A DNA stretch of 61,364 nt, filler included. It is 6 parts of 6 records of this genome, joined end to end, with 100 filler letters (N's around TTAATTAATTAA, not from the genome) between each part and the next. Parts side by side here need not be neighbours in the genome. Positions count along the whole stretch, not along the records: positions 14,811 to 31,930 come from DRR723986_9958; 5 more parts are not named here. One strand, given 5' to 3'. The position numbers and the translations under genes were made by a program. Shown here one piece after another: positions 20,567-29,770 of the stretch. The stretch's first letter is position 1. The number at the start of each line of letters is the position of its first letter. The notes beneath the pieces are model-generated. The model worked only from the letters and a program-made list of their open reading frames with translations, had not been told where the DNA came from and searched no databases.

Positions 20567-21796
20567 ATGCCGACCGAACGCATCACATTTCCCGGTCACG
20601 CCGGAAGCAAACTGGCGGCGCGTCTGGATTTACCGGACGGCCCGGTATTGGCAACCGCCCTCTTTGCCCACTGTTTTACCTGCTCCAAGGACATTCCAGC
20701 CGCGCGCCGCATTGCTGCACGTTTGGCGGCAATGGGGATTGCTGTGATGCGGTTTGACTTCACGGGCCTTGGCCACTCCGAAGGGGAATTTGCCAACACC
20801 ACGTTTACCTCAAACGTTCAGGATTTGGTGGCGGCAGCCCAATATCTAAATAGCCGAGGCATGGCCCCGGAATTGCTGATTGGTCATTCATTGGGCGGTG
20901 CCGCTGTTTTGCGCGCACGCGCCGGTATCCCCACGATCAAAGGCGTGGTGACTCTCGGAGCGCCGTTCGATCCGGGTCACGTATCGCACCACTTTGATGA
21001 GGCCCTGCCGGAAATCCAGTCAAAAGGCGCAGCGGATGTCTGTCTGGGCGGTCGCCCTTTCCGCATTGGCAAAGCCTTTGTCGACGACATATCCGACGTT
21101 GCCCTTGGTCCCGCAATTACCGAGCTCAAAGCGGCCCTGTTAGTTTTGCATGCTCCGATGGATGAAACCGTAAACATCGACAACGCCAGTCAGATTTTCC
21201 TGGCCGCTAAACATCCCAAAAGCTTTGTCACCTTGGACAATGCGGACCACCTGATCACCCGCCAAAAAGATGCGGAATACGCAGCCGACGTTATCGCGGC
21301 CTGGGCAACACGCTACATCCAACTCAAACCACCAGCCCCGCCCATTGGCACCCCCGAAGGCATCGTGCGCGTCACCGAGGCAGACCCAGGCGGTTTTCTG
21401 CAAGACATCCAATCTGGACCGGACCACCACGCCGTCGCGGATGAACCCGTGTCATATGGCGGCACAAATCGCGGCATGTCGCCTTACGGGTTTGTGTCGT
21501 CGGGCTTGGGCGCTTGTACCTCGATGACCATTCGCATGTATGCGCGTAGAAAAGGCTGGCCCTTGGTCGGTGTCAGCGTTGATGTCAGCCACAACAAGGT
21601 CCACGCCCAAGACGCAGATTCCGCAGCCCGCGGCAAAATTGATCAGTTCACCCGAAAAATTCGTCTCGAAGGACGCCTAACCGAGGAGCAAAAACAAAAG
21701 CTGCTCGAAATCGCTGACAAGTGCCCCGTGCACCGGACACTCGAAGCAAGCTCTCAGGTCAAAACCTTGCTCGAAGAAATCCAATTGACAGCTTAA
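20567..21796 (+). CDS. bifunctional alpha/beta hydrolase - OsmC family protein
   Basis: FAHCFTC, GHSLGG, HPKSFVTLD; OsmC half LGACTSMT and CPVHRTL. Confidence 0.93.
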   Translation: MPTERITFPGHAGSKLAARLDLPDGPVLATALFAHCFTCSKDIPAARRIAARLAAMGIAVMRFDFTGLGHSEGEFANTTFTSNVQDLVAAAQYLNSRGMAPELLIGHSLGGAAVLRARAGIPTIKGVVTLGAPFDPGHVSHHFDEALPEIQSKGAADVCLGGRPFRIGKAFVDDISDVALGPAITELKAALLVLHAPMDETVNIDNASQIFLAAKHPKSFVTLDNADHLITRQKDAEYAADVIAAWATRYIQLKPPAPPIGTPEGIVRVTEADPGGFLQDIQSGPDHHAVADEPVSYGGTNRGMSPYGFVSSGLGACTSMTIRMYARRKGWPLVGVSVDVSHNKVHAQDADSAARGKIDQFTRKIRLEGRLTEEQKQKLLEIADKCPVHRTLEASSQVKTLLEEIQLTA

Positions 21797-21802
21797 CAAG
21801 CT

Positions 21803-21837
21803 CGTTCCTCTGCCCTGCTAATTGGGGCAGAGGAACG
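21803..21837. terminator. hairpin between convergent genes
   Basis: CGTTCCTCTGCCC...GGGCAGAGGAACG. Confidence 0.75.
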
Positions 21838-21842
21838 CCCTT

Positions 21843-22127
21843 TTAGCGCCGACGTGCTGGCATTGGACGTGCCACCGGCGGGCGATGGATCGGAGGACGC
21901 GCAATCGGAGGTTTCGCCACAGGTGGACGCGCGATTGGGTGCTCTGGTTTGGGCCGGTCCGGACGATCTGGTCGATTAGGGCGATTGGGATACCCATAAT
22001 AATAATCGTTCCACATCATGGAATCGTAATAGACGCCACCGCCGACGCTCACCGCCGAAGGGTCACAGGCTGCCAGCGTCAAAACTGATGCGCTCAATCC
22101 AAATGCAAGGGTTAGTTTTCTCATCAT
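21843..22127 (-). CDS. small lipoprotein with Pro/Arg-rich repetitive tail
   Basis: Lipobox LAAC; tail PNRPNRPDRPDRP...IARPPVAKPPIARPPIHRPPVARP. Confidence 0.75.
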   Translation of the reverse strand: MMRKLTLAFGLSASVLTLAACDPSAVSVGGGVYYDSMMWNDYYYGYPNRPNRPDRPDRPKPEHPIARPPVAKPPIARPPIHRPPVARPMPARRR

Positions 22128-22147
22128 AATGATCCGTTTCCCTCTGT

Positions 22148-22714
22148 TCAGCGCAACGACCGGAACGAGCTATAAATGGCGTTGATGTCGTTAATCATCT
22201 CCGGATCGACACCAGCCTCTAGAATTGCAATCGAAATGGCCACGCGATCCCCCGGCAGGTCAATCAATACAGCTGTGAAATTAACAGCCTTGCGTCCACG
22301 TCGGCCATGACCTGCGTACTTTGCGGCAGCAAGGCCCCCGATCCGCGTTTTCGTCTCGCTATCCAACACTGGGTCTTCGACAATGGATTTGCCAACATTG
22401 CGCAGGTACTCAACGGCTTGATCAAACGTCCGAACCCCATTGGGAGACATGAAACCGACCCATGCCCCCTGCTCGCTCACCGGGGAAAACCCGATCACGC
22501 GGTTGATCAGCCGCTCTTCGTCTAGATCTGGGGGGGAAAGAACGCGTGGCCCGCCTGCGCGCACCTGCCAGTAGTCAGGCGCGCTGACTTCGAACAGTGA
22601 CTGCCCTCCATTCTTGTATATGACCGGCATTTCGGCGACGGCCAAACTCGGCGTCAATCCGAGTATGGTAAGCCCCAAAAGGGTACGAACCTGCCTTGAA
22701 ATTCGTTCAATCAT
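22148..22714 (-). CDS. exported hypothetical protein
   Basis: Signal peptide ending AVA-E; 20 nt upstream of the lipoprotein gene, same strand. Confidence 0.7.
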   Translation of the reverse strand: MIERISRQVRTLLGLTILGLTPSLAVAEMPVIYKNGGQSLFEVSAPDYWQVRAGGPRVLSPPDLDEERLINRVIGFSPVSEQGAWVGFMSPNGVRTFDQAVEYLRNVGKSIVEDPVLDSETKTRIGGLAAAKYAGHGRRGRKAVNFTAVLIDLPGDRVAISIAILEAGVDPEMINDINAIYSSFRSLR

Positions 22715-22835
22715 GTTTCTCACTTTCACCAAATACGGTGTAATCATCCCGGCTACCCAGCTGTAAGTAAAGTTAAAACAGAAATCCCGCTCCGTTCATT
22801 CGCCTTCTACCGCACCTCGCGCACGATCCCTCAGC

Positions 22836-22849
22836 TTGATATATATCAA
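22836..22849. promoter_or_regulatory. FNR/FnrL box
   Basis: Perfect TTGAT-ATAT-ATCAA in intergenic DNA. Confidence 0.8.
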
Positions 22850-22930
22850 GGGCAGAAATTTTCACTTGTGACACCCATAGAGCGAAGGATCGGCTTTGGG
22901 TCCGATGAAAAAGCAAAGGACTTGGCTCTC

Positions 22931-23191
22931 ATGAGTATCTTTTCAAAAGTTGCCGACAGCACGGATTTGGTAAACGGAATGGCGCAACGTCTTGGCGTTG
23001 ACGTTGCGACTGACATCGCAAACTCCCCTGACGCGGCGGCCAAAAAGCTACGCCAAAGAGTTATCCTGTGTTCGTCCTGCTCAGACCAAAAAGGATGCGC
23101 AGAGCTTCAGGCCAATACGACTCATTTGGAGCACGCACCTGACTACTGCATGAACAAGCAAGCTTTGGAACGCGAAGCGCACAAAGGGTAA
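22931..23191 (+). CDS. DUF6455-like small Cys-rich protein
   Basis: MAQRLGVD...CSSC...C...APDYCMN; SD AAAGGA. Confidence 0.8.
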   Translation: MSIFSKVADSTDLVNGMAQRLGVDVATDIANSPDAAAKKLRQRVILCSSCSDQKGCAELQANTTHLEHAPDYCMNKQALEREAHKG

Positions 23192-23254
23192 ACCCTTGAT
23201 CACAAGGTGCCGGGTCTTCCGGAACCTTCTATCGGAGCCCCCCGACGCACCCGT

Positions 23255-23587
23255 TCAGTTCGTATATGTACCATCGGTAATGTCACCACCGGATCCAATG
23301 AAACGGATACCGTCTTCCAAACGTTCCATATCGTAGCAGGCCCAAATATCCGATGGCGGCCACATGGAACAATATTGGTCGTCGCGTATGGCCCAATATC
23401 CCCAACTGGGGCGACCAGACGTGTAAAGAGTTCTCATGGACGAGCGAAAATCTTGCCGCGCACCGCTTTCGTACAGAACTTCACGATCCATCAAAGCCGC
23501 CAGAATACCCTCCTCATCCAGCATTTCAGCAGCATGAGTTGCCGTTGATCCGGTCAGAATGGCTAAAATCAGGGCAAACCGTCTCAT
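23255..23587 (-). CDS. small exported hypothetical protein
   Basis: Signal peptide (THA-A); SWGYWAIRDDQYCSMWPPSDIWACY; SD GGAG. Confidence 0.75.
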   Translation of the reverse strand: MRRFALILAILTGSTATHAAEMLDEEGILAALMDREVLYESGARQDFRSSMRTLYTSGRPSWGYWAIRDDQYCSMWPPSDIWACYDMERLEDGIRFIGSGGDITDGTYTN

Positions 23588-23674
23588 GTCAGCGCTCCCA
23601 CCTTGTCGATACCGCTGCACGAGTTTAAGACGCGCGACATCCCCTGCGCTAGTCACAAAAAGGTGCCGCTGCCA

Positions 23675-24979
23675 ATGATCCCTCGCTACTCCCGCCCCGA
23701 AATGGTTGCCATCTGGTCGCCCGAGACCAAATTCCGCATCTGGTACGAGATTGAAGCCCACGCCTGTGACGCGATGGCCGATCTAGGTGTGATCCCAAGA
23801 GAAAACGCCGAAGCTGTCTGGAAAGCCAAAGACGTAGAATTCGACGTTGCACGCATTGACGAAATCGAAGCTGTCACAAAGCACGATGTCATCGCGTTCC
23901 TGACCCACCTGGCCGAACATGTCGGGTCCGAAGAGGCCCGCTTTGTACATCAAGGCATGACCAGCTCAGACGTGCTAGACACCTGCTTTAACGTGCAGCT
24001 GGTGCGCGCCTCCGACATCTTGATCAAAGACATGGAAGGTCTGCTCGCAGCGCTGAAAAAGCGGGCAATTGAACACAAAGACACCATTCGTATTGGTCGC
24101 AGCCACGGTATCCACGCGGAACCCACAACCATGGGTCTGACATTTGCGCGGTTCTATGCGGAAATGGACCGCAACATGAATCGCCTGAAAAAGGCGCGGA
24201 TGGAAATCGCCACTGGTGCCATCAGCGGTGCCGTAGGAACATTCGCCAACATCGACCCCCGCGTCGAAGAGCACGTCTGTGAAAAGCTGGGTCTCGAAGC
24301 CGAGCCGATCAGCACACAGGTGATCCCGCGCGACCGTCATGCCGCGTTTTTTGCCGCACTGGGCGTTGTCGCCAGCTCGATCGAAAACGTCGCCACTGAA
24401 ATCCGTCACATGCAACGGACCGAGGTTCTGGAAGCGGCTGAATTCTTCTCGATGGGCCAAAAAGGCTCCTCGGCAATGCCGCACAAGAAAAACCCAGTTT
24501 TGACGGAAAACCTGACCGGTCTGGCCCGTCTGGTGCGTATGGCCGTTGTTCCCGCGATGGAAAACGTTGCCCTGTGGCACGAGCGGGACATCTCCCACTC
24601 CTCCGTCGAGCGGAACATCGGCCCCGACAGCACCATCACCTTGGATTTCGCCCTGTCGCGCCTGACTTCGGTTATCGAAAATCTTTTAGTCTACCCGCAG
24701 AACATGCTCGACAACATGAACAAGTTCCCGGGTTTGGTGATGAGCCAGCGCGTTCTTCTTGCCCTGACCCAAGCGGGCGTGTCGCGCGAAGATGCCTACC
24801 GTTTCGTACAGCGCAACGCCCTAAAGGTCTGGGAAACCGGGTGTGACTTCAAAACCGAATTACTAGCGGACCAAGAAGTCGTTGCAGCGCTGGGTGTCGA
24901 AGAAATCGAGGCAAAATTCGACCTCGGTTACCACACAAAACACGTCGACACGATTTTCGCACGCGTATTCAAAGACTAA
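23675..24979 (+). CDS. purB: adenylosuccinate lyase
   Basis: MIPRYS, TKHDV, GRSHG, GSSAMPHKKNP signature. Confidence 0.98.
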   Translation: MIPRYSRPEMVAIWSPETKFRIWYEIEAHACDAMADLGVIPRENAEAVWKAKDVEFDVARIDEIEAVTKHDVIAFLTHLAEHVGSEEARFVHQGMTSSDVLDTCFNVQLVRASDILIKDMEGLLAALKKRAIEHKDTIRIGRSHGIHAEPTTMGLTFARFYAEMDRNMNRLKKARMEIATGAISGAVGTFANIDPRVEEHVCEKLGLEAEPISTQVIPRDRHAAFFAALGVVASSIENVATEIRHMQRTEVLEAAEFFSMGQKGSSAMPHKKNPVLTENLTGLARLVRMAVVPAMENVALWHERDISHSSVERNIGPDSTITLDFALSRLTSVIENLLVYPQNMLDNMNKFPGLVMSQRVLLALTQAGVSREDAYRFVQRNALKVWETGCDFKTELLADQEVVAALGVEEIEAKFDLGYHTKHVDTIFARVFKD

Positions 24980-24985
24980 ATTGGC

Positions 24986-25014
24986 GAGGCCCCGGTTTTC
25001 CGGGGCCTCTTCTT
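24986..25014 (+). terminator. rho-independent terminator after purB
   Basis: GAGGCCCCGG-TTTT-CCGGGGCCTC then TTCTT. Confidence 0.82.
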
Positions 25015-25074
25015 ATTGCTGATCGACCCGAATTGGTACAACCTACGCGTAAGGTTGACCAAATCAGTGAAACA

Positions 25075-26022
25075 ATGATCAAGCCAAGCCCTGCAGAACT
25101 GCAAATCGCCCAACAATTCCTCACCGAGTTTCGGGATGCTCACAACATTGACAGTGACATGTCGATGACCTGTATATACCGCTCTGCTGACTTTTCAGAC
25201 GAACGCCTCGTTTACCGCGTGTCAGCGTCCAATGACACAGAATACGCGCTCAAGATCGATGTCGCACCAGCACCAAACCCGCGTTTATCAGACGAATTCA
25301 AAGTTCTTACGCGACTTGTCCCGCATTTTGAACATCGCGCCGAAGTGGATGTGGTCAAACCGCTGTACCTTTCGCCAAGCGCCCGATTTCTGGTAACAGA
25401 ATTCGTGGATCACAAAACGGCCACTCATCATATTTTCAATTCGAAAAAGGACGCCCAGGCCGGGCAAATGTATCGACGTGCAGGCCATTGGCTCCATGAG
25501 CTTCACGACATTGATCCGCCCGTCAAAACACGGTTCTGGTTTGATTGGATGTTCGAAGCGATCGAAGAAAAGCTCTCTGCTGGTCTCCCCATGATGCCCG
25601 CATCAGACTATCGCCCAATGGTCGAACAAATGAAGCGCGATGTGGAATGTATAAAGCAATTCAAAGCGTTCAAACGATATTGTCACGGCGATTTTCATGG
25701 CGAAAACCTGATTATGGCACGTGGAACTTCGTTTGGGTTAGATTTCACTGAACATCGCATAAAACTGGGCGAATACGACATCGTGGATTTCCTCAAGGGA
25801 GATGTCTATCGCAGTGGTGATCCACAGGATGTGGACCGCAGTGGCGTTTTGCGGTCCAACAAAGAGATGTTCTTCAAACGGTACAAACATCGCATAAACA
25901 TGGCAATTCTCGACTACTGCATTCGCGCACGCATGTTGATTGACTGTCTTCACATCACCCAGAATTGTATATGGCGGACGAGTTTCAGCGCACCAAATAC
26001 CGCAATCTACACGCCAGACTGA
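25075..26022 (+). CDS. aminoglycoside phosphotransferase / choline kinase-like protein (possible frameshift near 3' end)
   Basis: YALK, LVTEFV, HGDFHGENL catalytic loop, LDF. Confidence 0.8.
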   Translation: MIKPSPAELQIAQQFLTEFRDAHNIDSDMSMTCIYRSADFSDERLVYRVSASNDTEYALKIDVAPAPNPRLSDEFKVLTRLVPHFEHRAEVDVVKPLYLSPSARFLVTEFVDHKTATHHIFNSKKDAQAGQMYRRAGHWLHELHDIDPPVKTRFWFDWMFEAIEEKLSAGLPMMPASDYRPMVEQMKRDVECIKQFKAFKRYCHGDFHGENLIMARGTSFGLDFTEHRIKLGEYDIVDFLKGDVYRSGDPQDVDRSGVLRSNKEMFFKRYKHRINMAILDYCIRARMLIDCLHITQNCIWRTSFSAPNTAIYTPD

Positions 26023-26161
26023 CAATCGCCTTTCGCACACCGATCGAAGGGTAACCCGATCACCTCACGCAGGTTTGACATCCTATCATGCAAGTGAATG
26101 GCTGAAATTTTAACAAAACACTCTAGAGTTCTTCTAACAGTTTTTTCATTCGGAGTTTCTC

Positions 26162-26710
26162 ATGCGTCTCGCTCTCGCCCTTATTCTTACTGCTCCTACG
26201 TTTGTCTTTGCCGCTGGTGGCAATGGTGATGGGGGAACCACGTGGACCAATCCGCCCAAGCCAACCCAAACAACCAAGACATGCAAAGGCGTCAAAGTTT
26301 GGGATGAAAAGAAAAAGCGCTGCGTCAAACCCAAACAATCTACTCTGGATACGGATACTCTGTATGGCGCCGTACGTGAGCTTGCCTACGATGGCCGTTA
26401 TCAAGATGCTCAGGGGGTTCTGCGAGCCATGGCTGATCAAAACGATGATCGCGTGCTGACATACTGGGGATTCACTCACCGAAAACTGGGGCAAACCGCC
26501 TTGGCCAACGCCTATTACAAGCAGGCATTGTCAGTGAACCCCGACAATATTCTCGCGCGCAGCTATATGGGCCAAGGCTATGTAGCAGAAGGGAAAACCG
26601 ACTTGGCCATTCATCAGTGGAAAGAAATCAAGGCACGTGGTGGCGAAGGCAGCTGGGCCGAAGTTTCACTTCGCAAAGCGATCCAGACTGGGCTCACATA
26701 CAATTACTGA
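26162..26710 (+). CDS. exported tetratricopeptide repeat protein
   Basis: Signal peptide; TPR pattern VLTYWGFTHRKLG...YYKQALSVNPDNILARSYMGQ. Confidence 0.88.
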   Translation: MRLALALILTAPTFVFAAGGNGDGGTTWTNPPKPTQTTKTCKGVKVWDEKKKRCVKPKQSTLDTDTLYGAVRELAYDGRYQDAQGVLRAMADQNDDRVLTYWGFTHRKLGQTALANAYYKQALSVNPDNILARSYMGQGYVAEGKTDLAIHQWKEIKARGGEGSWAEVSLRKAIQTGLTYNY

Positions 26711-26780
26711 CCTTTAGCCTTTGTTTACTCCGTCTGGGCTAGTGTGACTGTATCTCCAATACACTGGAATACGCAGGAAC

Positions 26781-27872
26781 ATGCAGGAAGACAGAGCATT
26801 GATGCAACTGGGCGCCCCCGTAAACGATCTGGTTGGTGGTCAAATGATGACTGCGACCGAGGTACGCGTACCGCGGTCGCTCACCGCTCGAGAAAAGGCC
26901 GCAATTGTTGTACGCCTTGTGATCAGTGAAGGCGCTGATATCCCGTTAGAGGATCTGCCAGAGGATCTGCAGGAAAAGTTGACCCAGCAAATGGGCCAAA
27001 TGGGGTTGGTGGATCGGATCACTCTAGATGCGGTCGCCGCTGAATTTGCCGACGCACTCGAAGGGATCGGTCTCGCATTCCCCCATGGCTTGGCTGGGGC
27101 TTTGTCCGCAATGGACGGCAAAATTGCGCCAACAACGGCCGCCCGCCTGAGAAAAGAAGCCGGCGTTCGTCAAATTGGCAACCCATGGCAACGTTTGCGC
27201 GGTCTAGATGCGATGGAGTTGGCCGAAATTGCCCAAGCCGAAAGCACAGAAGTCGCCGCGGTTCTTTTGTCCAAAATTGAAACCGCAAAAGCGGCGGAAC
27301 TGCTCAGCAAGCTCCCCGGCCCACTGGCGCGAAAAATTACGTTTGCCGTGTCACAAACAGGCAGTGTCACCCCAGAAGCTGTTGAACGGATCGGTTGGTC
27401 CCTTGCCAAACAACTGGACGATAAACCCATTTCAGCCTTTGAAGATGGGCCCGACAAACGCGTCGGCGCCATCCTGAACCAATCAACGGCAGCCACCCGC
27501 GAAGATGTGCTGGAATCGCTGGATCAGGAAGACGCGGCTTTTGCCACCTCTGTTCGCAAGGAAATCTTTACCTTTGCCCTCATTCCACGCCGTCTCAGCG
27601 CACGGGATGTTCCTGCCGTCATCCGTCAGATCGAACAAGGCGATCTTATTGTTGCGATGGCCGCAGCCGTGGAAGGGGCTGATGCCGAAAGCAAGGAATT
27701 CTTGTTAACCAATATGTCAGGCCGTATGGCCGACAATCTAAGAGATGAAGTTACGGAAATGGGAACGGTCAAACAATCCGAGGGCGAAGAGGCCATGAAC
27801 AGGTGCATAACGGCCATCCGCCAGCTTGAAATGGATGGTGTGCTCGACTTGGTTGTCGAAGAAGAGGACTAA
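26781..27872 (+). CDS. fliG: flagellar motor switch protein FliG-like (no other flagellar genes nearby)
   Basis: LTAREKAAIV, IFTF, LTNMSGRMADNLRDE, IRQLE--G FliG C-domain pattern; start uncertain. Confidence 0.85.
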   Translation: MQEDRALMQLGAPVNDLVGGQMMTATEVRVPRSLTAREKAAIVVRLVISEGADIPLEDLPEDLQEKLTQQMGQMGLVDRITLDAVAAEFADALEGIGLAFPHGLAGALSAMDGKIAPTTAARLRKEAGVRQIGNPWQRLRGLDAMELAEIAQAESTEVAAVLLSKIETAKAAELLSKLPGPLARKITFAVSQTGSVTPEAVERIGWSLAKQLDDKPISAFEDGPDKRVGAILNQSTAATREDVLESLDQEDAAFATSVRKEIFTFALIPRRLSARDVPAVIRQIEQGDLIVAMAAAVEGADAESKEFLLTNMSGRMADNLRDEVTEMGTVKQSEGEEAMNRCITAIRQLEMDGVLDLVVEEED

Positions 27873-28008
27873 CCAAATGCGACGCAGCGGAATTCGCTTC
27901 CATCGCAATGGACAGTTACAAAGATGCCTCATATCAAGTTGATATGAAACATTTCCATACAACTTCCCTATGTCCAGCGACGTCGCCAAGGGCCGGATCA
28001 TTTCACCG

Positions 28009-28857
28009 ATGAATGCCAATCGCGCTATCATCTTGATGATCTTTGCAGTTTTATGCTTTTCGCTGATGGATGCATCCGTCAAAGCCCTGTCGCCCCGCGT
28101 CGGCGTTATGACGGCGCTTTGGGCGCGCTACGCCGGGCAGATGGTGTTTGTACTCATCCTCGTATTGCCGCGACTCCATCAGGTTGTGCGGACACGCCAT
28201 CCAGTTCTACAATTTTTGCGCTCTTTGCTGCTCATGGGGGCCACCGGCTTTTTCTTTCTCGGGCTCACGCTCATCCCGTTGACGGACGCTGCCGCGCTGA
28301 TGTCCGTCAATCCTGTCCTGATCACTTTGGGGGCCGCCCTGTTTTTGGGTGAATCCTTAGGACCACGGCGCATCGTTGGCATTGCCTTTGCGCTGTTGGG
28401 GGCTGCTATTATCATCCGCCCCGGATCAAGTGTGTTTTCGCTGGCATCCTTCTATCCAATTGCCGCCGCCGTTTGCTATTCTGGCTATGCCCTATTGACC
28501 CGAAAAGTGGGGGCCAGTGAAAACGTTTGGACCTCTCTTTTTTATACCGGACTCGTAGGCACAGTGCTGCTGAGTTGCATTGTTCCAGCCTATTGGCAAA
28601 CTCCGGATGCCACCGCATGGGGGCTTATTTTTCTCGTCTCCGGCTTTGGAACATTGGCTCAGATGCTGCTCATTCGGGCCTTTAGCGCTGGCGAGGCCGC
28701 CGTTCTGGCCCCCTATGCCTATTGTGGCCTGGCCTTTGCTGCGATTTGGGGCGCGCTGTTCTTCGGAGAACTGCCAGATTTGTGGACTGTGGTTGGCGCG
28801 CTTGTTATCGCAGGGGCGGGCCTATATGTCTGGCATCGTGAAACACACAGCCACTGA
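28009..28857 (+). CDS. DMT/EamA family transporter
   Basis: About ten TM segments; LFLGE-LGPRR, LAPYAY, FFGELPD. Confidence 0.92.
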   Translation: MNANRAIILMIFAVLCFSLMDASVKALSPRVGVMTALWARYAGQMVFVLILVLPRLHQVVRTRHPVLQFLRSLLLMGATGFFFLGLTLIPLTDAAALMSVNPVLITLGAALFLGESLGPRRIVGIAFALLGAAIIIRPGSSVFSLASFYPIAAAVCYSGYALLTRKVGASENVWTSLFYTGLVGTVLLSCIVPAYWQTPDATAWGLIFLVSGFGTLAQMLLIRAFSAGEAAVLAPYAYCGLAFAAIWGALFFGELPDLWTVVGALVIAGAGLYVWHRETHSH

Positions 28858-28866
28858 GACCAACTG

Positions 28867-29763
28867 ATGCCCGTTGAAAAATCCGAACTAACCCGCACCG
28901 AACGGGCCAAATACTACATCGCCAATGCATTCCTATCGGGTTTCATCGGGGGAATGCGCCTGTTGCCTTACGACCGGCGCATCGCAACTATGGGGCGCAT
29001 CATCAAAACTCTTGCGCCTGTGGTTGGATATACCAAAAGGATCCGAAAAAATCTGGCACTGACCTGCCCCGATTTGCCGGAAACAGACGTGGCCCGTCTT
29101 TGCAAAGAAGTTCCCGATAACGCAGGTCGCGCCATTATGGAGCACTTTTCACCGGAAGAGTTCGTAGAGCGTCAAAAAGGCGCCAAGATCAGAGGCCCCG
29201 GTGTCGAAGTTTTTGATGCTGTTGTCAAAGAAGGCCGCCCGGTGATGATGATCACCGCGCATTTTGGTCACTATCTTGCGGCACGTGTCGCGCTGCAAAA
29301 CCGGTCTGCCAAGCCGATCGGGTGCCTGTTTCGCAGAATGGCCAACCCCTACTTCAACGACCGCTATGTTGATGCGTTTTGTCAAACTGGCGAACCAATG
29401 TTTGAACAAGGTCGCCGTGGCATGATGGAAATGGTGCGCTCGCTGAAAAAAGGCGGCATAATCGCAATTGTTTCAGATCTTCATGCCCATGGCGGGAAGA
29501 GCATGAATTTCTTTGGAAAACCTGCCGCCACATCCACATTGAACGCTGAATTGGCTATAAAATACAACGCTGTCATGATCCCCGTTTATGCGGTGCGCCA
29601 ACCAAACGGGTTGGATTTCGAAATCATTCTTCACGAGCCGGTAGAACACAACGATGCGGACACCATGACACAAGAGATCAATGATGATCTCGAGACCGTT
29701 GTGCGTCAGCATATGGGGCAATGGTTTTGGATCCACCGCCGCTGGAAGCCATGGCAAAATTAA
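28867..29763 (+). CDS. lipid A biosynthesis acyltransferase (LpxL/HtrB family)
   Basis: TAHFGHY, FFGKPAAT, QWFWIHRRWK. Confidence 0.9.
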   Translation: MPVEKSELTRTERAKYYIANAFLSGFIGGMRLLPYDRRIATMGRIIKTLAPVVGYTKRIRKNLALTCPDLPETDVARLCKEVPDNAGRAIMEHFSPEEFVERQKGAKIRGPGVEVFDAVVKEGRPVMMITAHFGHYLAARVALQNRSAKPIGCLFRRMANPYFNDRYVDAFCQTGEPMFEQGRRGMMEMVRSLKKGGIIAIVSDLHAHGGKSMNFFGKPAATSTLNAELAIKYNAVMIPVYAVRQPNGLDFEIILHEPVEHNDADTMTQEINDDLETVVRQHMGQWFWIHRRWKPWQN

Positions 29764-29770
29764 TCGCGCC

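Noticed and set aside
25075-26022. Phosphotransferase as an antibiotic-resistance gene
   Set aside because: Only the general APH/choline kinase fold motifs are visible; no mobile context or specific resistance signature
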